A stretch of 64,000 nt of DNA, from assembly GCF_006345805.1 (NCBI RefSeq), contig NC_042999.1:930001-994000 (forward strand), written 5' to 3'. Under the pieces are notes generated by a model. It was not told the DNA's origin and did no database searches. It saw nothing but the letters and a program-made list of their open reading frames with translations. Origin of the DNA: Octopus sinensis (lineage: Eukaryota). This document shows, in pieces, positions 37,717-49,960 of this stretch. Both the position numbers and the translations under genes were made by a program. How positions within the stretch are numbered: the first letter of the stretch is position 1; every line of letters begins with the position of its first letter.

Positions 37717-38412
37717 TTTCCAGCTTCTGCAACTGATGATGTGATAACTACTCCGAAACGGATGCATTTAACAGTCTGGTTAGCGTCACTGTGAGCTGAC
37801 TCGGTGTATTTACATTTATCTGTCTATTACGAGAAATTACTCCATGAGAAATTACAGTGAATTATATCCTTGCGGGTCCGAATACGCTTCAGAAATATTT
37901 GAAGTAGTAACAAATTTCTGTTGCAAATCATTGAAACCACGTCTGGATATACAATATGAATATTGTGATTGCTGAAACAACATCTTGATATACGCTATGT
38001 GCTCGTCAGTAAATTAGAAATCGTTCAAACGTTATCATAATATATAAAGTGTGTTACATAGAAACGTGATTATGTTGTATCCATTTAGTAAATAATATCA
38101 GAAACATTAAAATATACCACTCGATAGAAATATATGATATATTGTATATTTATAAAACCATACAAAACAGATATCTGGTAGAACTATCAGAGGTTTCTTG
38201 CGTAGAACTCATTCAGACCGTATGTTCAGAAGTACTAAGAAAAATATACTTCGAAAATATGTAAAAGTGCTTCTGCTTCTTTTACGAAGAAAAAATAATT
38301 CCATAATACTTGTTATATATTCTTGACTGTCTCAATATGAATTTTCTTTTGTTTTTGTTTTTGTTTTTTCCAGTTTCAGCTCTTGAGCTGTGGCCATGCT
38401 GGGGCACCGCCA

Positions 38413-38580
38413 TTGTGGTGAAAGAGTACAGCAGGGATCACCACCCCCTGCCGGAGCCTCGTAGAGCTTTTTTTTTAGGTGTTTTCGCTCAATAAACACA
38501 CACAACGCCCAGTCTGAGAATCGAAACCGCGATCCTGCGACCGCGAGTCCGCTGCCCTAACCACTAGGCCATTGCGCCTT
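38413..38580 (-). mobile_element. SINE family D 5' part
   Basis: Reverse complement of the D head and body. Confidence 0.85.
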
Positions 38581-38631
38581 TCTTGTTGGAAAACTAGGAA
38601 GAATAAATATGCTGTATGGTATGAAGGAAGC

Positions 38632-39046
38632 TAGGAGTGGCTGCGTGGTAAGTAGCTTGCTTACCAACCACATGGTTCCGGGTTCAGTCCCACTGCCTGG
38701 TACTTCGGGCAACTGTCTTCTACTATAGCCTCGGGCCGACCAAAGCCTTGTGAGTGGATGTGGTAGACGGAAACTGAAAGAAGCCCGTCGTATATATGTA
38801 TGTATATGTGTATATGTGTGTTTGTGTGTCTGTGTTTGTCCCCCCAACATCGTTTGATGTTGGGGGACAAACACAGGCATGTGTTTTACGTCCCCCGTAA
38901 CATAGCGGTTCGGCAAAAGAGACCGATAAAATAAGTACTAGGTTTACAGAGAATAAGTCCTGAGGTCGATTTCCTCGACTAAAGGCGGTGCTCCAGCATG
39001 GCCTCAGTCACATGACTGAAGCAAGGAAAAGAGTAAAAGAGTAAAA
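38632..39046 (+). mobile_element. SINE family A, full length
   Basis: Complete copy ending in an (AAAAGAGT)n tail. Confidence 0.92.
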
Positions 39047-39570
39047 TAGCATTTTTTCTGGTAATGAAAAACATTAATTCAGACAAATAGAACCAATGTG
39101 AAAATAACCAGACGCTCTGAACCGCTATAAAATTTGAAGAGAATTCATTTTCTTTCCACGGTAGAAAACAATAACAGCGGAAAAATGTTTATAATCAAAA
39201 CTTATATATAAACACAAGATCGGAAATATTCGTAAAAGAAAAGCACTTCGAGAAACATACTCTAGGAAACTTGGGAAAGTTAATATCTTCTCGAACAAAG
39301 CCCTACTATTATTGCATGGCCATCTAAAATTGTTCATTGCATATTTTTTTCTTTTTACTTTTGACATCATTCAGTCGTCTGCCATTCCACTACTTTATTT
39401 CTTCAACCAAATCTCCTCACCTTCCTTCACGGTTATTATATTCTCTTTTCTATTGCTGTTGCGTCAATCTAATTCCACAACTGTGTTGTGACAATTTTCC
39501 AAGAAAATAGTTCTTTCATCATAACATCTCCGACATTACCGACTGACCTAACAATGTGGAAATAACTTAC

Positions 39571-39873
39571 GAGCCTACGTTCGTGAGGTTGTAAGTTCGA
39601 ATCCCGGACCGGGCTCCGTGTTGTGTTCTTGAGCAAGAAACTTTATTTCACGTTGCTCCAGTTCACTTAACTGTAGAAATGAGTTGCGACGTCACAGGTG
39701 CCAAGCTGTAACGGCCCCTTTGCCTTTCCCTTGGATAACACTGGTGTCGTGGAAAACGGGGCCGGTATGCATGGGCGACTGCTGGTCTTCCATAAACAAC
39801 CTTGCTCGGACTTGTGCCTGGGAGGGTAACTTTCTAGGTGCAATCTCATGGTCAGTCATGACCGAAGGGGGTA
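39571..39873 (+). mobile_element. SINE family C
   Basis: B box AGTTCGAATCCC, GTTGTGTTCTTGAGCAAG core, ACCGAAGGGGGT end. Confidence 0.88.
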
Positions 39874-40212
39874 TCAGCATAAACACACACACAGAAACAC
39901 ATTTACATATGTGTATGTGTGTGACTGTGCTTGGCTACTACCACCGCTTGGCTAACGGTGTTGGTTTGTTCATGTGCACGTAAATCAGACTAATAAATAA
40001 GAGTCTGACTTCAAAAAAATTAAATTTGTTCATCTAAAACAGTCTTGGGGTCGATTTATTCAACTAAAGGCGATGCACCAGAATGGCCGCAGTCAAATAA
40101 CCGAAACAAATAAATGATGAAACATAAAAGAACCCCAGATGTAGGACTTCAACAAAATTGTCGGGAGTTATAACGTTAGGTTATTTCTGCAGGATTAAAA
40201 ATTTTGAGGGCA

Positions 40213-40500
40213 CTCGGTCGGTTACGACTACTACGAGGGCTCCAATTTGTCCCGATCACATAAACAGCCTGCTCGTGAAATTAACGTGCACGTGGCTGAG
40301 CACAGTACAGACTCACGTGCTCTTCATGTAGGTGCTCAGGGCGATTCAGCTTGACACAGAATGCAACAAAGCTAAATGTTTGAATTATTAATTTTCGCCA
40401 GCTGAGTGGACTGGAGTAACAAGAAAATAAAGTGCTGTCGGGTATCGAACTCAGGACTTTACGATCGTGAGCCCGAAAACCCTAACCGCTAAGCTACACG
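40213..40500 (-). mobile_element. SINE family F
   Basis: CAGCCTGCTCGTGAAATTAACGTGCA module; sibling at 61185-61410. Confidence 0.7.
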
Positions 40501-40539
40501 AATTCACAGAATCAAATATATTTATATGAATATAGAATA

Positions 40540-41170
40540 CAGTAATCCCTCGACGCATCGCGGTTCAGCTATCGCGGTTCACCTATTGTGGTTCATCTAT
40601 CGCAGTTTAATATTTAAGCTTACGTCGATTCCTCTGTGGTGTTGTTTTGCATTAATAATAAAATAAATATATACAAATTATAAATATATATATATACAGT
40701 TCAGCACGCAGGCGTGGCTGTGTGATAAGTAGGTTGCTTACCAACCACATTGTTCCGGGTTCAGTCGCACTGCGTGGCACCTTGGGCAAGTGTCTATTAC
40801 TATAGCCTTAGGCTAAAGCCTTGTGAGTGGATTTGGTAAACGGAAACTGAAAGAAGTCAGTCGATTTTATGTATATATATATGTGTGTGTGTGTGTGTGT
40901 TTCCTCCCCAACATCGCTTGACAACCGTTGCTGATGTGTTTACGTCCCCGTAATCTAGCGTTTCGGCAAAAGGGACCGATAGGATAAGAACTAGGCTTAC
41001 AAAAAATAAGTCCTGGGGTCGGTTTGCTAGACTAAAGGCGGTGCTCCTGCATGGTCACAGTCACAAGACTTAAACAAATAAAAGAGTAGAAGAGTAAAGA
41101 GAGAGTACGGATTTTCACGTATCGCGAGAGGTTTTGGAACGTAACATCCGTGAGAATCGAGGGATTTCTG
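40540..41170 (+). mobile_element. Tigger/pogo-like non-autonomous DNA transposon carrying a SINE A insertion (40709-41104)
   Basis: TA|CAGTAATCCCTCG ... CGAGGGATTTCTG|TA termini with TA duplication. Confidence 0.75.
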
Positions 41171-41561
41171 TACGATGATTTTCATTTCTGCTGGTGTATG
41201 TTGTTTCTCTTTTTAAATACTTATATCTTTATATATCCTTTATGGTTGCGTTATTTTATTCATATCAGCGTATCAATATTTATTTGTCTGCTCGTTTATT
41301 TATTTACAAGCATGGGTATACAACAAATACTGGCTCGTAAGATTCATTATACATACACAATGCTTTCATTTTCTTTTTTACTTTTTCGTAATCACGGATA
41401 ACAGGCATTAATAACTCATCACGTTCTGTCTAACCGTAATAATATTTTTGTAAATCCTCAATGCACAATTTCAAAACTATCTCCTTAGTATATTTTCTTC
41501 GGCGGGATTCATCATAATCTAGAAACTTCTAGTTACATTGTAATGTTCTCAATTTCAAATT

Positions 41562-41600
<39 letters not shown>

Positions 41601-41702
41601 GGAGTAAACACATAAATGTGAAACAAGGTGGAAAAAAGAGTACTCAAATACCAGTGGTAGAGTAATATGCTTTATTTTAAGCAGCAGAAAATTCAACAAA
41701 AT

Positions 41703-41740
41703 CTGTTACTCTGAGTTTCTCGTTGCCGTTCATCAGACAG
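41703..41740 (-). ncRNA. Minimal type I hammerhead motif (mirror copy)
   Basis: Exact reverse complement of 41764-41801. Confidence 0.65.
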
Positions 41741-41763
41741 TTTTTGCTAGAATCTAGCAAAAA

Positions 41764-41801
41764 CTGTCTGATGAACGGCAACGAGAAACTCAGAGTAACA
41801 G
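41764..41801 (+). ncRNA. Minimal type I hammerhead motif
   Basis: CTGT-CTGATGA-ACGGCAACGA-GAA-ACTCAGAGT-A-ACAG; helix II CG(GCAA)CG with an A.A closing mismatch; quasi-palindromic helix III; GUA site. Confidence 0.65.
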
Positions 41802-41833
41802 ATTTTGTTGAATTTTCTGCTGCTTAAAATAAA

Positions 41834-41864
<31 letters not shown>

Positions 41865-41887
41865 CATGCATTTACACGTACATATAT

Positions 41888-42527
41888 TATTTTCTACTCT
41901 AGGCACAAGGCCCGAAATTTTGGCGGAAGGGGGCGTCCCCTCAGTCGATTAGATCCACACCAGTACGCAACTGGTACTTAATGTATCGACCCCGAAAGGA
42001 TGAAAGGCAAAGTCGACCTCGGTGGAATTTGAACTCAGAACGAAAGGGCAGACGACATATCTATTTCTTACTACCCACAAGGGGCTAAACATGGAGGGGA
42101 CAAACAAGGACAGACAAACGGATTAAGTTGATTATATAGACCCCAGTGCATAACTGATACTTTATTTATCGACCCTGAAAGGATGAAAGGCAAAGTCGAA
42201 CTCAGCGGAATTTGAACTCAGAACGTAACAGCAGACGAAATACGGCTACGCATTTCGCCCGGCGTGCCAACGTTTCTGCCATATCGCCACCTTATACGTA
42301 CATATATATTTCTTTACTTCCCACAAGAGGCTAAACACAGAGGGGACAAACAAGGACAGACAAACGGATTAAGTCGATTACATCGACCGCAGTGCGTAAC
42401 TGGTACTTAATTTATAGACCCCGAAAGGGTGAAAGGCAAAGTCGACCTCGGCGGAATTTGAACTCAGAACGAAGCGGCAGACGAAATACGGCTACGCATT
42501 TCGCCCGACGTGCTAACGATTCTGCCC
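41888..42527 (-). mobile_element. Three head-to-tail SINE family B units
   Basis: Core GAAAGG(A/G)TGAAAGGCAAAGTCGA occurs three times. Confidence 0.9.
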
Positions 42528-42966
42528 TATACGTACATATATTAACTACAAACCTACAAACGTATGTATATAAGTGGGTGTATTTTGTAGTATTGCAGGT
42601 GGTGGTGGTGGTGGTGGTGTGTGTGTGTGAATTCATTAAAAATGCATATGTATATAAAAAAAACAATTAATGTGTTGCAATAGAAACCGAATATAAAAAT
42701 GTTAAAAAACAACAGCACAGCTAAAACAAACGGCTTCACTTTTGTCCATTACGTTATTTGGGATTTATCATGTAGTAAATGTAAGATGGAGACTGAGTAT
42801 AGCCTTCTTCAGCACATATTCATGGGGGAGGGGAATGTGTGGTGGGAGCGATATTGCATTTAGCTAACGTTACATAAGCGCTTTGGCGTCGAATAACTCT
42901 TGCCTGTGGTTGATAGTAATTTAGTATTTTTTTTAATATGTATGGCCTGTTTATATAATCATATAT

Positions 42967-43018
<52 letters not shown>

Positions 43019-43516
43019 ATTATATATATATATGGATATATACTTTTGATTTAGATATGCATATATATGTGTGTGTGTGTAGGCATATATTTGGTTTATA
43101 TATATGTTTATATGCATACACACATATATTCATATATACATACATGCATGTATATATGTGTTCGTGTTTATATAAACAAGTTAGTGTGTATGTGTTTGTG
43201 TGTGTGTGCGTGTTTGTTTGTTTGTGTGTGTGTGAGTGTGTTTCTGTGTGTGTGTTGCTATGTGTAGGCCGATTCTCAGTTAATCATTCCGCCCACTCTC
43301 TCCCTCTCCATTCACACCCGGTCGATCATTTGACAGAATGCAACAGTAACTTTTTAATGTAAGTGCGGAAGATTTTAAAAGAGAAACTACGAAAGGAGGA
43401 GAAAGAAAGAAAGAGAGAGAGAGAGACAGAGAGAGATTCAGACTGGCAGAGTGAAATTTGTTGTTATTATTGGGACACTCCATTTTAAAGTCCAAATTTT
43501 TCAAAAAGAACTTCGA

Positions 43517-43675
43517 GCGACTGTGTGGTAAGTAGCTTGCTTACCAGCCACAGGGTTACGGGTTCAGTCCCACTACGTGGCACCTTGGGTAAGTGTCTTC
43601 TACTATAGCCTCGGGCCGACTAAAGCCTTGTGAGTGGATTTGGTAGATAGAAATTGAAAGCCCGTCGTATATATG

Positions 43676-43749
<74 letters not shown>

Positions 43750-43958
43750 GTATGTTGTGTATCTGTGTTTGTCCCCCCAACATCGCTTGACAACCGATGC
43801 TGGTGTGTTTATGTCCCCGTAACTTAGCGGTTCGACAAAAGAGACCAATAGAATAAGTACTAGGCTTACAAAGAATAAGTCCTGGGGTCGATTTGATTCG
43901 ACTAAAAGCAGTGCTCCAGCTTGGCTGCAGTCAAATGACTGAAACAATGTAAAGGAAT
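43517..43958 (+). mobile_element. SINE family A with 13-bp target-site duplication
   Basis: AAAAGAACTTCGA at 43504-43516 and 43959-43971. Confidence 0.92.
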
Positions 43959-44154
43959 AAAAGAACTTCGAATGTGTTATATTTGCTACTTTCGTCCCCG
44001 GTTTCTATCCACAGAAGATATTTAAAAATCATGAGAAGTAGAAGCATATGCAGTAGTTGTTAAATACGTGACCCATGTATGTGAATTCTAGCGAAACAAA
44101 CTCGATTCGATACGTCTAAGTGACGTCATCCAAACGAAAGCAGATATTCTTTTG

Positions 44155-44295
44155 TACTCTAGTCACAAGGCCCGGAATTTTGGGGGAGGAAGCCAGTCGA
44201 TTTGATCGACCCCAATACGCAACTGGTACTTTATTTATCGACCCCGAAAGAATGAAAGGAAAAATCGACCTAGGTGCAATTTGAACTCAGACTTT
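44155..44295 (-). mobile_element. SINE family B 3' part
   Basis: Core plus the CACAAGGCCCGGAATTTT tail module. Confidence 0.8.
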
Positions 44296-44932
44296 CACTT
44301 TAACAATAAAAATTAGAGATAATAATAACAATTGAATTATATGTAGTAAGTAATATTTAAAATCAAACTAAATTAAATCGAAACATAAAATTAAAAGTAA
44401 AAATAGCAATTGGTATAAAATTGCATCAATGACTCGAACTTGAATAAGTGGTTTCACATGAATGGGAATAGATTAGAAATAAAATTAGTGTGCAGAAATC
44501 GAATAGTCCAGATGGAGCTGTGCACACAACCTTTACCACGGCTTTTGCATTAGATTATCTGCTAATTAGCTACCATTAAGTATCTATATGAAGTTTGGCT
44601 GTATCTAATGTCTGTTTTCTCGAACAACCGCTTCTACTGAGTACTGCTGTTGGTTTATTTATTATACATAAAGGAATATAGCTTCAACTGCGCACTGCTT
44701 TTTGATTCACCGTAAGGTTTGTTGTTATTATTATTACTGTTTAACTATTGTTATCAGGTTTGTTTGTTCCTCGTAAAGGAAACGTTGTTGTGTTGCATTT
44801 GATAAATAATTGTAAACCGTAACACTTCCCCTTTGGGAGAAGGAGCTTTGGTTATTGTTTAAAAATTGAATTGTGTCCCTGTTTGGGGACTTGACAATAT
44901 TTTCACCGTTTATATGGAAGGATTTTGTTAAA

Positions 44933-45452
44933 ATGCCTTCAATAGAAGAAAGTCCAAAAATGAATTTCGCTGCAGCCGTCGGCGGGCGCGAACTCATTTA
45001 AATTAAAATGGAAGAAATACAAACCTATTTCGGATTGATCACCGACAAAGACGGTGAATCTAGGATAACACCACCAAACGAAATAAAAAATAAAATTAAA
45101 GAAAAGACTATTATCTATAAAGCATACAATGTAGAGAAAAAAAGATTTGAACACCTGGGGGAAAGCACCATCGAAAAGTGTCTTGGTGCGACTATGAAAG
45201 ATATCTAACCAGAGGCGGTAAATTCACCACAATAGAAGCAAGGTTCGAGTCAACGGAGCGTGCAAAGGAGTACTTGACTCAAACCTTGCAAAGTGGAAAT
45301 ATTTTATTTTTACCTATATATCTGGGTCGTAGGACGTCCCGGATAAAAATTTAAAATGTCCCCCCAGAAGTAGAGGAAGGCTGCATTGTAGCCACACTTC
45401 TATACAAGAGGAAGGACAAGATACAATTGATCGAAATTGCAAGAGACGGGCC
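44933..45452 (+). pseudogene. Probable L1/Tx1 ORF1 remnant
   Basis: Near-continuous reading with stops and shifts: MPSIEES..NFAAAVGG...YLGRRTSRIKI*NVPPEVEEG; FAAAV and YLG..T.R..I.NVPPE recall Tx1 ORF1. Confidence 0.45.
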
Positions 45453-45537
45453 TACAATCCCAGTCTGTTATATATTTTGAGTATTGTTATCACTAGCGAT
45501 ATCAAGATATAACTTTGTATTTTGTATTTTATGTGTA

Positions 45538-45581
<44 letters not shown>

Positions 45582-45684
45582 AGATGTACATGTAATATGT
45601 ACACATATATACATGCACTAGCACTATGACCCGGCAACGACGGGTCATAATTCTAGTATATATATATATGTACATACATACATG

Positions 45685-45721
<37 letters not shown>

Positions 45722-45726
<5 letters not shown>

Positions 45727-45905
45727 TTCTTTTTGTTTCCGTCTACCAAATCCCCTCACAAAGCTTTGGTAGACCCGAGGCTATAGTAGAAGACACTTTC
45801 CCAAGGTGCCATGCAGTGGGACTGTACCCGGAACCATGTGGTTCGTGAGCAAGCTACTTACCACAAAGTCACTCCTACGCCTATAGCTACTTACCACACA
45901 GCCAC
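45722..45905 (-). mobile_element. SINE family A 5' half with duplicated head segment
   Basis: AGCTACTTACCACA occurs twice in tandem near the head. Confidence 0.82.
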
Positions 45906-46166
45906 GTTCATTGCCAATTGTTACACTGACCATAATGATAACCGATTCAAATTTTGGCTGTAGGCCAACAATTTTGCTGATAAAGGAGTTAGTCTATTAT
46001 ATTGACCCAACCACATGACTGGTATATAAGATAGATGAGTAGATGAAGGCTCAAAGTTCACTTCGGCGCAATTTGAGCTCAGAACATAAAGGACCAGAAG
46101 AAATTCTGATTCTATTACCTCAACGAATTTTGCCCTAATTTAAACGTTAATATTACTATAATAACT

Positions 46167-46660
46167 AAGGCGGCGAATTGGCGGAATCGTTAGCACGTTG
46201 GACAAAGTGATTAGCGGTATTTTGCCGGTCGCTACGTTCTGAGTTCAAAATCCGCCGAGGTCGACTTTACCGTACTTTCTTTCTGGGTCGATAAATGAAG
46301 TACCAGTGAAACACTTGGGTCGATGTAATCGAGTTAATCCCTCCCTCAAAATGGCTGCTCTTGTGGCAAAATTTGAAACCATTATTACTATAATAACTTG
46401 GCCCTTGCGGCCCATGAATTAAGTATTGTTGCTATACTAACTAAAGTGGAGTGCCGGCAGCATCGTTGGCACGCCGGACAAAATGGCTAACGTCATCTCG
46501 TCTGTCTTTACGTTCTGAGTTCAAATTCTACCGGGGCCTACTTTGTCTTTCTCCCTTTCAAGGTCAATAAAATAAGTACCAGTTGAGTACTGAGGTCGAT
46601 GTAATGGACACACTTCCTCTCCCGAAATTGCTGGCCTTGTGCTAACATTTGCAATCATTT
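46167..46660 (+). mobile_element. Two SINE family B copies (46167-46385, 46440-46660)
   Basis: Head and TTCTGAGTTCAAA core twice. Confidence 0.8.
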
Positions 46661-47764
46661 TTACAATCGTATCTCAATCTGCTGAAAAAAATTAACCTTG
46701 TGCCTAATCAAAAGAAAACCAACAAAAGAATCTATTTATTACAGATTAGCAAATGGTTAGTCCTAAAATCTGCAAATAAATAGGGGTCCAAATAGTTTTA
46801 ATTTCAGTTGAGGTCACTTAAGATAGTCGTGTGTTTGTGATAGGTACGCGTAAAAACACACAGACAAATTAAATATGCATTTCTTATAAAGATACACACG
46901 AAGCATATTTGCATTGTGAAGCTAAAACGTAATACAAACAGAATTAGAGGAAATGGTAATAATTTATTTTGATGCGCTATATAAAGAGCGAAATATGATG
47001 ATATTGTAATTAAAAATAAATATTAAAAAGTCAGCAAGAAAATGTCCTTGTCAAAATATTTTTTATTGAAGAAATAAATCCATATTTTAATGAATACGAA
47101 GCGACAATATAGACTGAAAGAAGAGAAAAATTTTATTTTATCGCATAAAAATAATAAAAAAGGAAATCAGTAATGATGTTTGCAATATTTCCATGACAAG
47201 AATTTTCCAAAAAGCAAGCAAATACAATAGCAAAATCAATATTCAATTTTTCTTTGTATCTTATTTGTTAACTTTTCCTCTTCAATAGCACTGGATTTCA
47301 AAAGTAAGGCAATTATTTCGGCTAAATATAATGAGAAGCAATATTAATATTTACAATTTTTTTTATGTATATTTATTACACATTGTTGTTTTCATTTATT
47401 ACAATGACTAATTTTTATGTTAGGTTTTTACAAAAATTTATCAAAGGTTAACAAAAAAGATCTAAATTTCTCAAAACAAAACAAAATAAAAACGTGAGAG
47501 AGAAAAAACGAAAATGTCGTGAAAGAAAGGAAACAGAAAAGAAAATATATACAGAAAAAGTAAATTAAAATAAAAGTCTATCATTAATTAATATGTATTT
47601 CTTTTGTAATTTAAATCATTATGTATTTGAAAAGATACTAAAATTCCGTACATACTGCTATGTGTTGTGGTATTTCAGTATACGTATATATGTGTGTGTG
47701 TGTGTGTGTGTGTATCCATAATTTATATATATTGATATATACGTATACTTTGTGTGTGCATATA

Positions 47765-47807
<43 letters not shown>

Positions 47808-48091
47808 TATATGTGTGTGTGTGTATGTATGTATTACGTATATGTATATACATGTGTATGTATATATATATATGTACGTATATATATATATACATACATA
47901 CAAACACACATACATATATGTATGTGTATATATATATATTTACGTATATGTATATACATGTAAATAATATATATATATATATATATATACATGTATATGT
48001 ATATATATACATGTGTATATATATATATTTTTTTTCTAGTTTCAGCTCAGAGCTGCGGCCATGCTGATGCATATATATATATATATATATC

Positions 48092-48122
<31 letters not shown>

Positions 48123-48481
48123 GTATATATATTTATATAGACGCCCATTAGACTTTTGCCAACGGATACATATTGTTTCCAATTGCATAGCTATCATTGT
48201 TGTTTTTCGTTATAGACATACTTCCTTCATGGCAAGAAAACGATCTCTTCTCTACTTAACATCTTTCATTAATTTTGTAATCACAAATTAGATAATGCCT
48301 GCACAAATGTATATGCATATGTGCGTGATAGTGTATGCCTATACATATTCACGCATATATCAATATATAATGCTGACATATATACATATATATAAGAGTC
48401 TATACGTATATCTATATGTATAAATATGAACATATATGTATATGTATATGTACGTATATATATATATATATATAATAATAT

Positions 48482-48518
<37 letters not shown>

Positions 48519-49489
48519 TTATGGAGATAGATGATAAATAGATAGATAGATAGATAGATATAATGCACTTTCACATACTCACCAGTATGTATATGTGTAT
48601 GCACGCGATGAGGTGCTTAAGCAGATCAATAAGTAGATGGTAAGCTGCTTTGAAATTAAGTTCATGATAAAATTTCCATCCGGGTGTTTCGTATCTCATT
48701 TATGCTTTCTTTTGCGTTTTACAGTTCAGACATCGTTTATTAATTACTCCGAGACGAAAGAAAAGATGATGCTTATAAATTTTGTAGGCCTTGCAAAGAA
48801 TGCTGTAATTGATTGAATTGAAGTTTAGCTTGAACGATTTTGACTTGATGCATGGTGGAGGTACACATGTGACTTATACCAAACGCAGCACCCATAACTT
48901 TTGTTATGGACTATGTGTTTGGTTGAGGAGACAGTCTGATGTTTCAGAACGTTTAGGGGCCATAGGGAGACGTATGCAATGCCTGAGATTTCAATAGATC
49001 ACAATGCAGTTTTGATGACAGAGAATAAGGGAAAATGGAATATATTTAATCTAGTGTGTTCAACTGTCGGCGTAGGCCTTACGTTTCGTCATGCAGAGAA
49101 GGGCAAATTATCAAAATATCGGCTCCTGTCTCACAAATGTTTGGTCGAGCCTGTGAAAGTGGAAACCTCAGGCATTTACGGCTGCGGATCACATCTCTGT
49201 TCACCGTGAGCCAGAGTGGCTGTCCCAGCGAATCTCCGTCGCCATCTCCGAGGCAACGCCTTTTCCGTTCTTTCTGCTTTGACTATGAGGTGGATTACAC
49301 ACAAACTGCCTAGTTAGGCACTGCTCATATTCCGCAGAAAGTTCTTTCTGCTTGAAGTCTCAGACCTGATGAAAGCAACATTAAAGGAAAATCAGTTGAT
49401 TGTTGTAGGATGTTTGCCAGTATATATCTTACTTGTACGTTTGTAAGTAAATGTGTTTCTAGAACTTGCTATTGATTGTAGATCTGGAA

Positions 49490-49960
49490 AACCAACACAT
49501 TGCAATTTTTCATGTGATTTTTAAAATTATCTTCAAATATCTGCCAAGGAATGGATTGAATGAAGGGCTAGCACACTCAAGAATCTCCTTGGGAATGTTT
49601 CAAACAAAATGCAAACTCCACACAAAAACACATACACGTCGCCTAATAGTCCAATCACCATATGTCTGTGGTCTTATGTTTTGTATAAAATCGCTTGTAG
49701 TAAACGCAATGAATCCTGCATTGGAAATACTTTCAAACAGTTGAATATATAGTTTAAAAGACCACCTCAATGTTAGTCCTCTTCTGTCAAAATACATCTG
49801 CAGAAAAACCACAGCCAAGACATCTAGATTTCCGTTGTTGGTACAGAATGAAACATTGGGAACCTGAGGATAAAAGAAGCCATGATCATTAGCAAGAACC
49901 GTATTAACAACAGAACCGAACTTCTGGCAGCTGAGCGATTATTATAACAAAACTATCTTG
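49490..49960 (+). pseudogene. Penelope-like GIY-YIG endonuclease remnant
   Basis: YVLYKIACSKRNESCIGNTFKQLNI*F...SSVKIHL...LRIKEAMII...INNRTEL matches the VYKIxCxxCxxxYIGxT..R...H...KEA..I..N pattern; several stops. Confidence 0.75.

Larger units (their letters stand above)
41597..41834. mobile_element. Penelope pseudo-LTR-like repeat ending in a perfect 81-bp palindrome (41670-41750 / 41754-41834)
   Basis: Arms checked base by base, no mismatch; 3-nt spacer AAT; flanked by (TA)n on both sides. Confidence 0.85.

Noticed and set aside
41888-42527. CRISPR-like repeat-spacer array
   Set aside because: The units are ~170-235-bp SINE copies without unique spacers, in a eukaryotic context with no cas genes.
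49360-49410. CTGATGA...GAAAATCAGTTGATT hammerhead look-alike
   Set aside because: Helix I does not pair and position 17 would be G.
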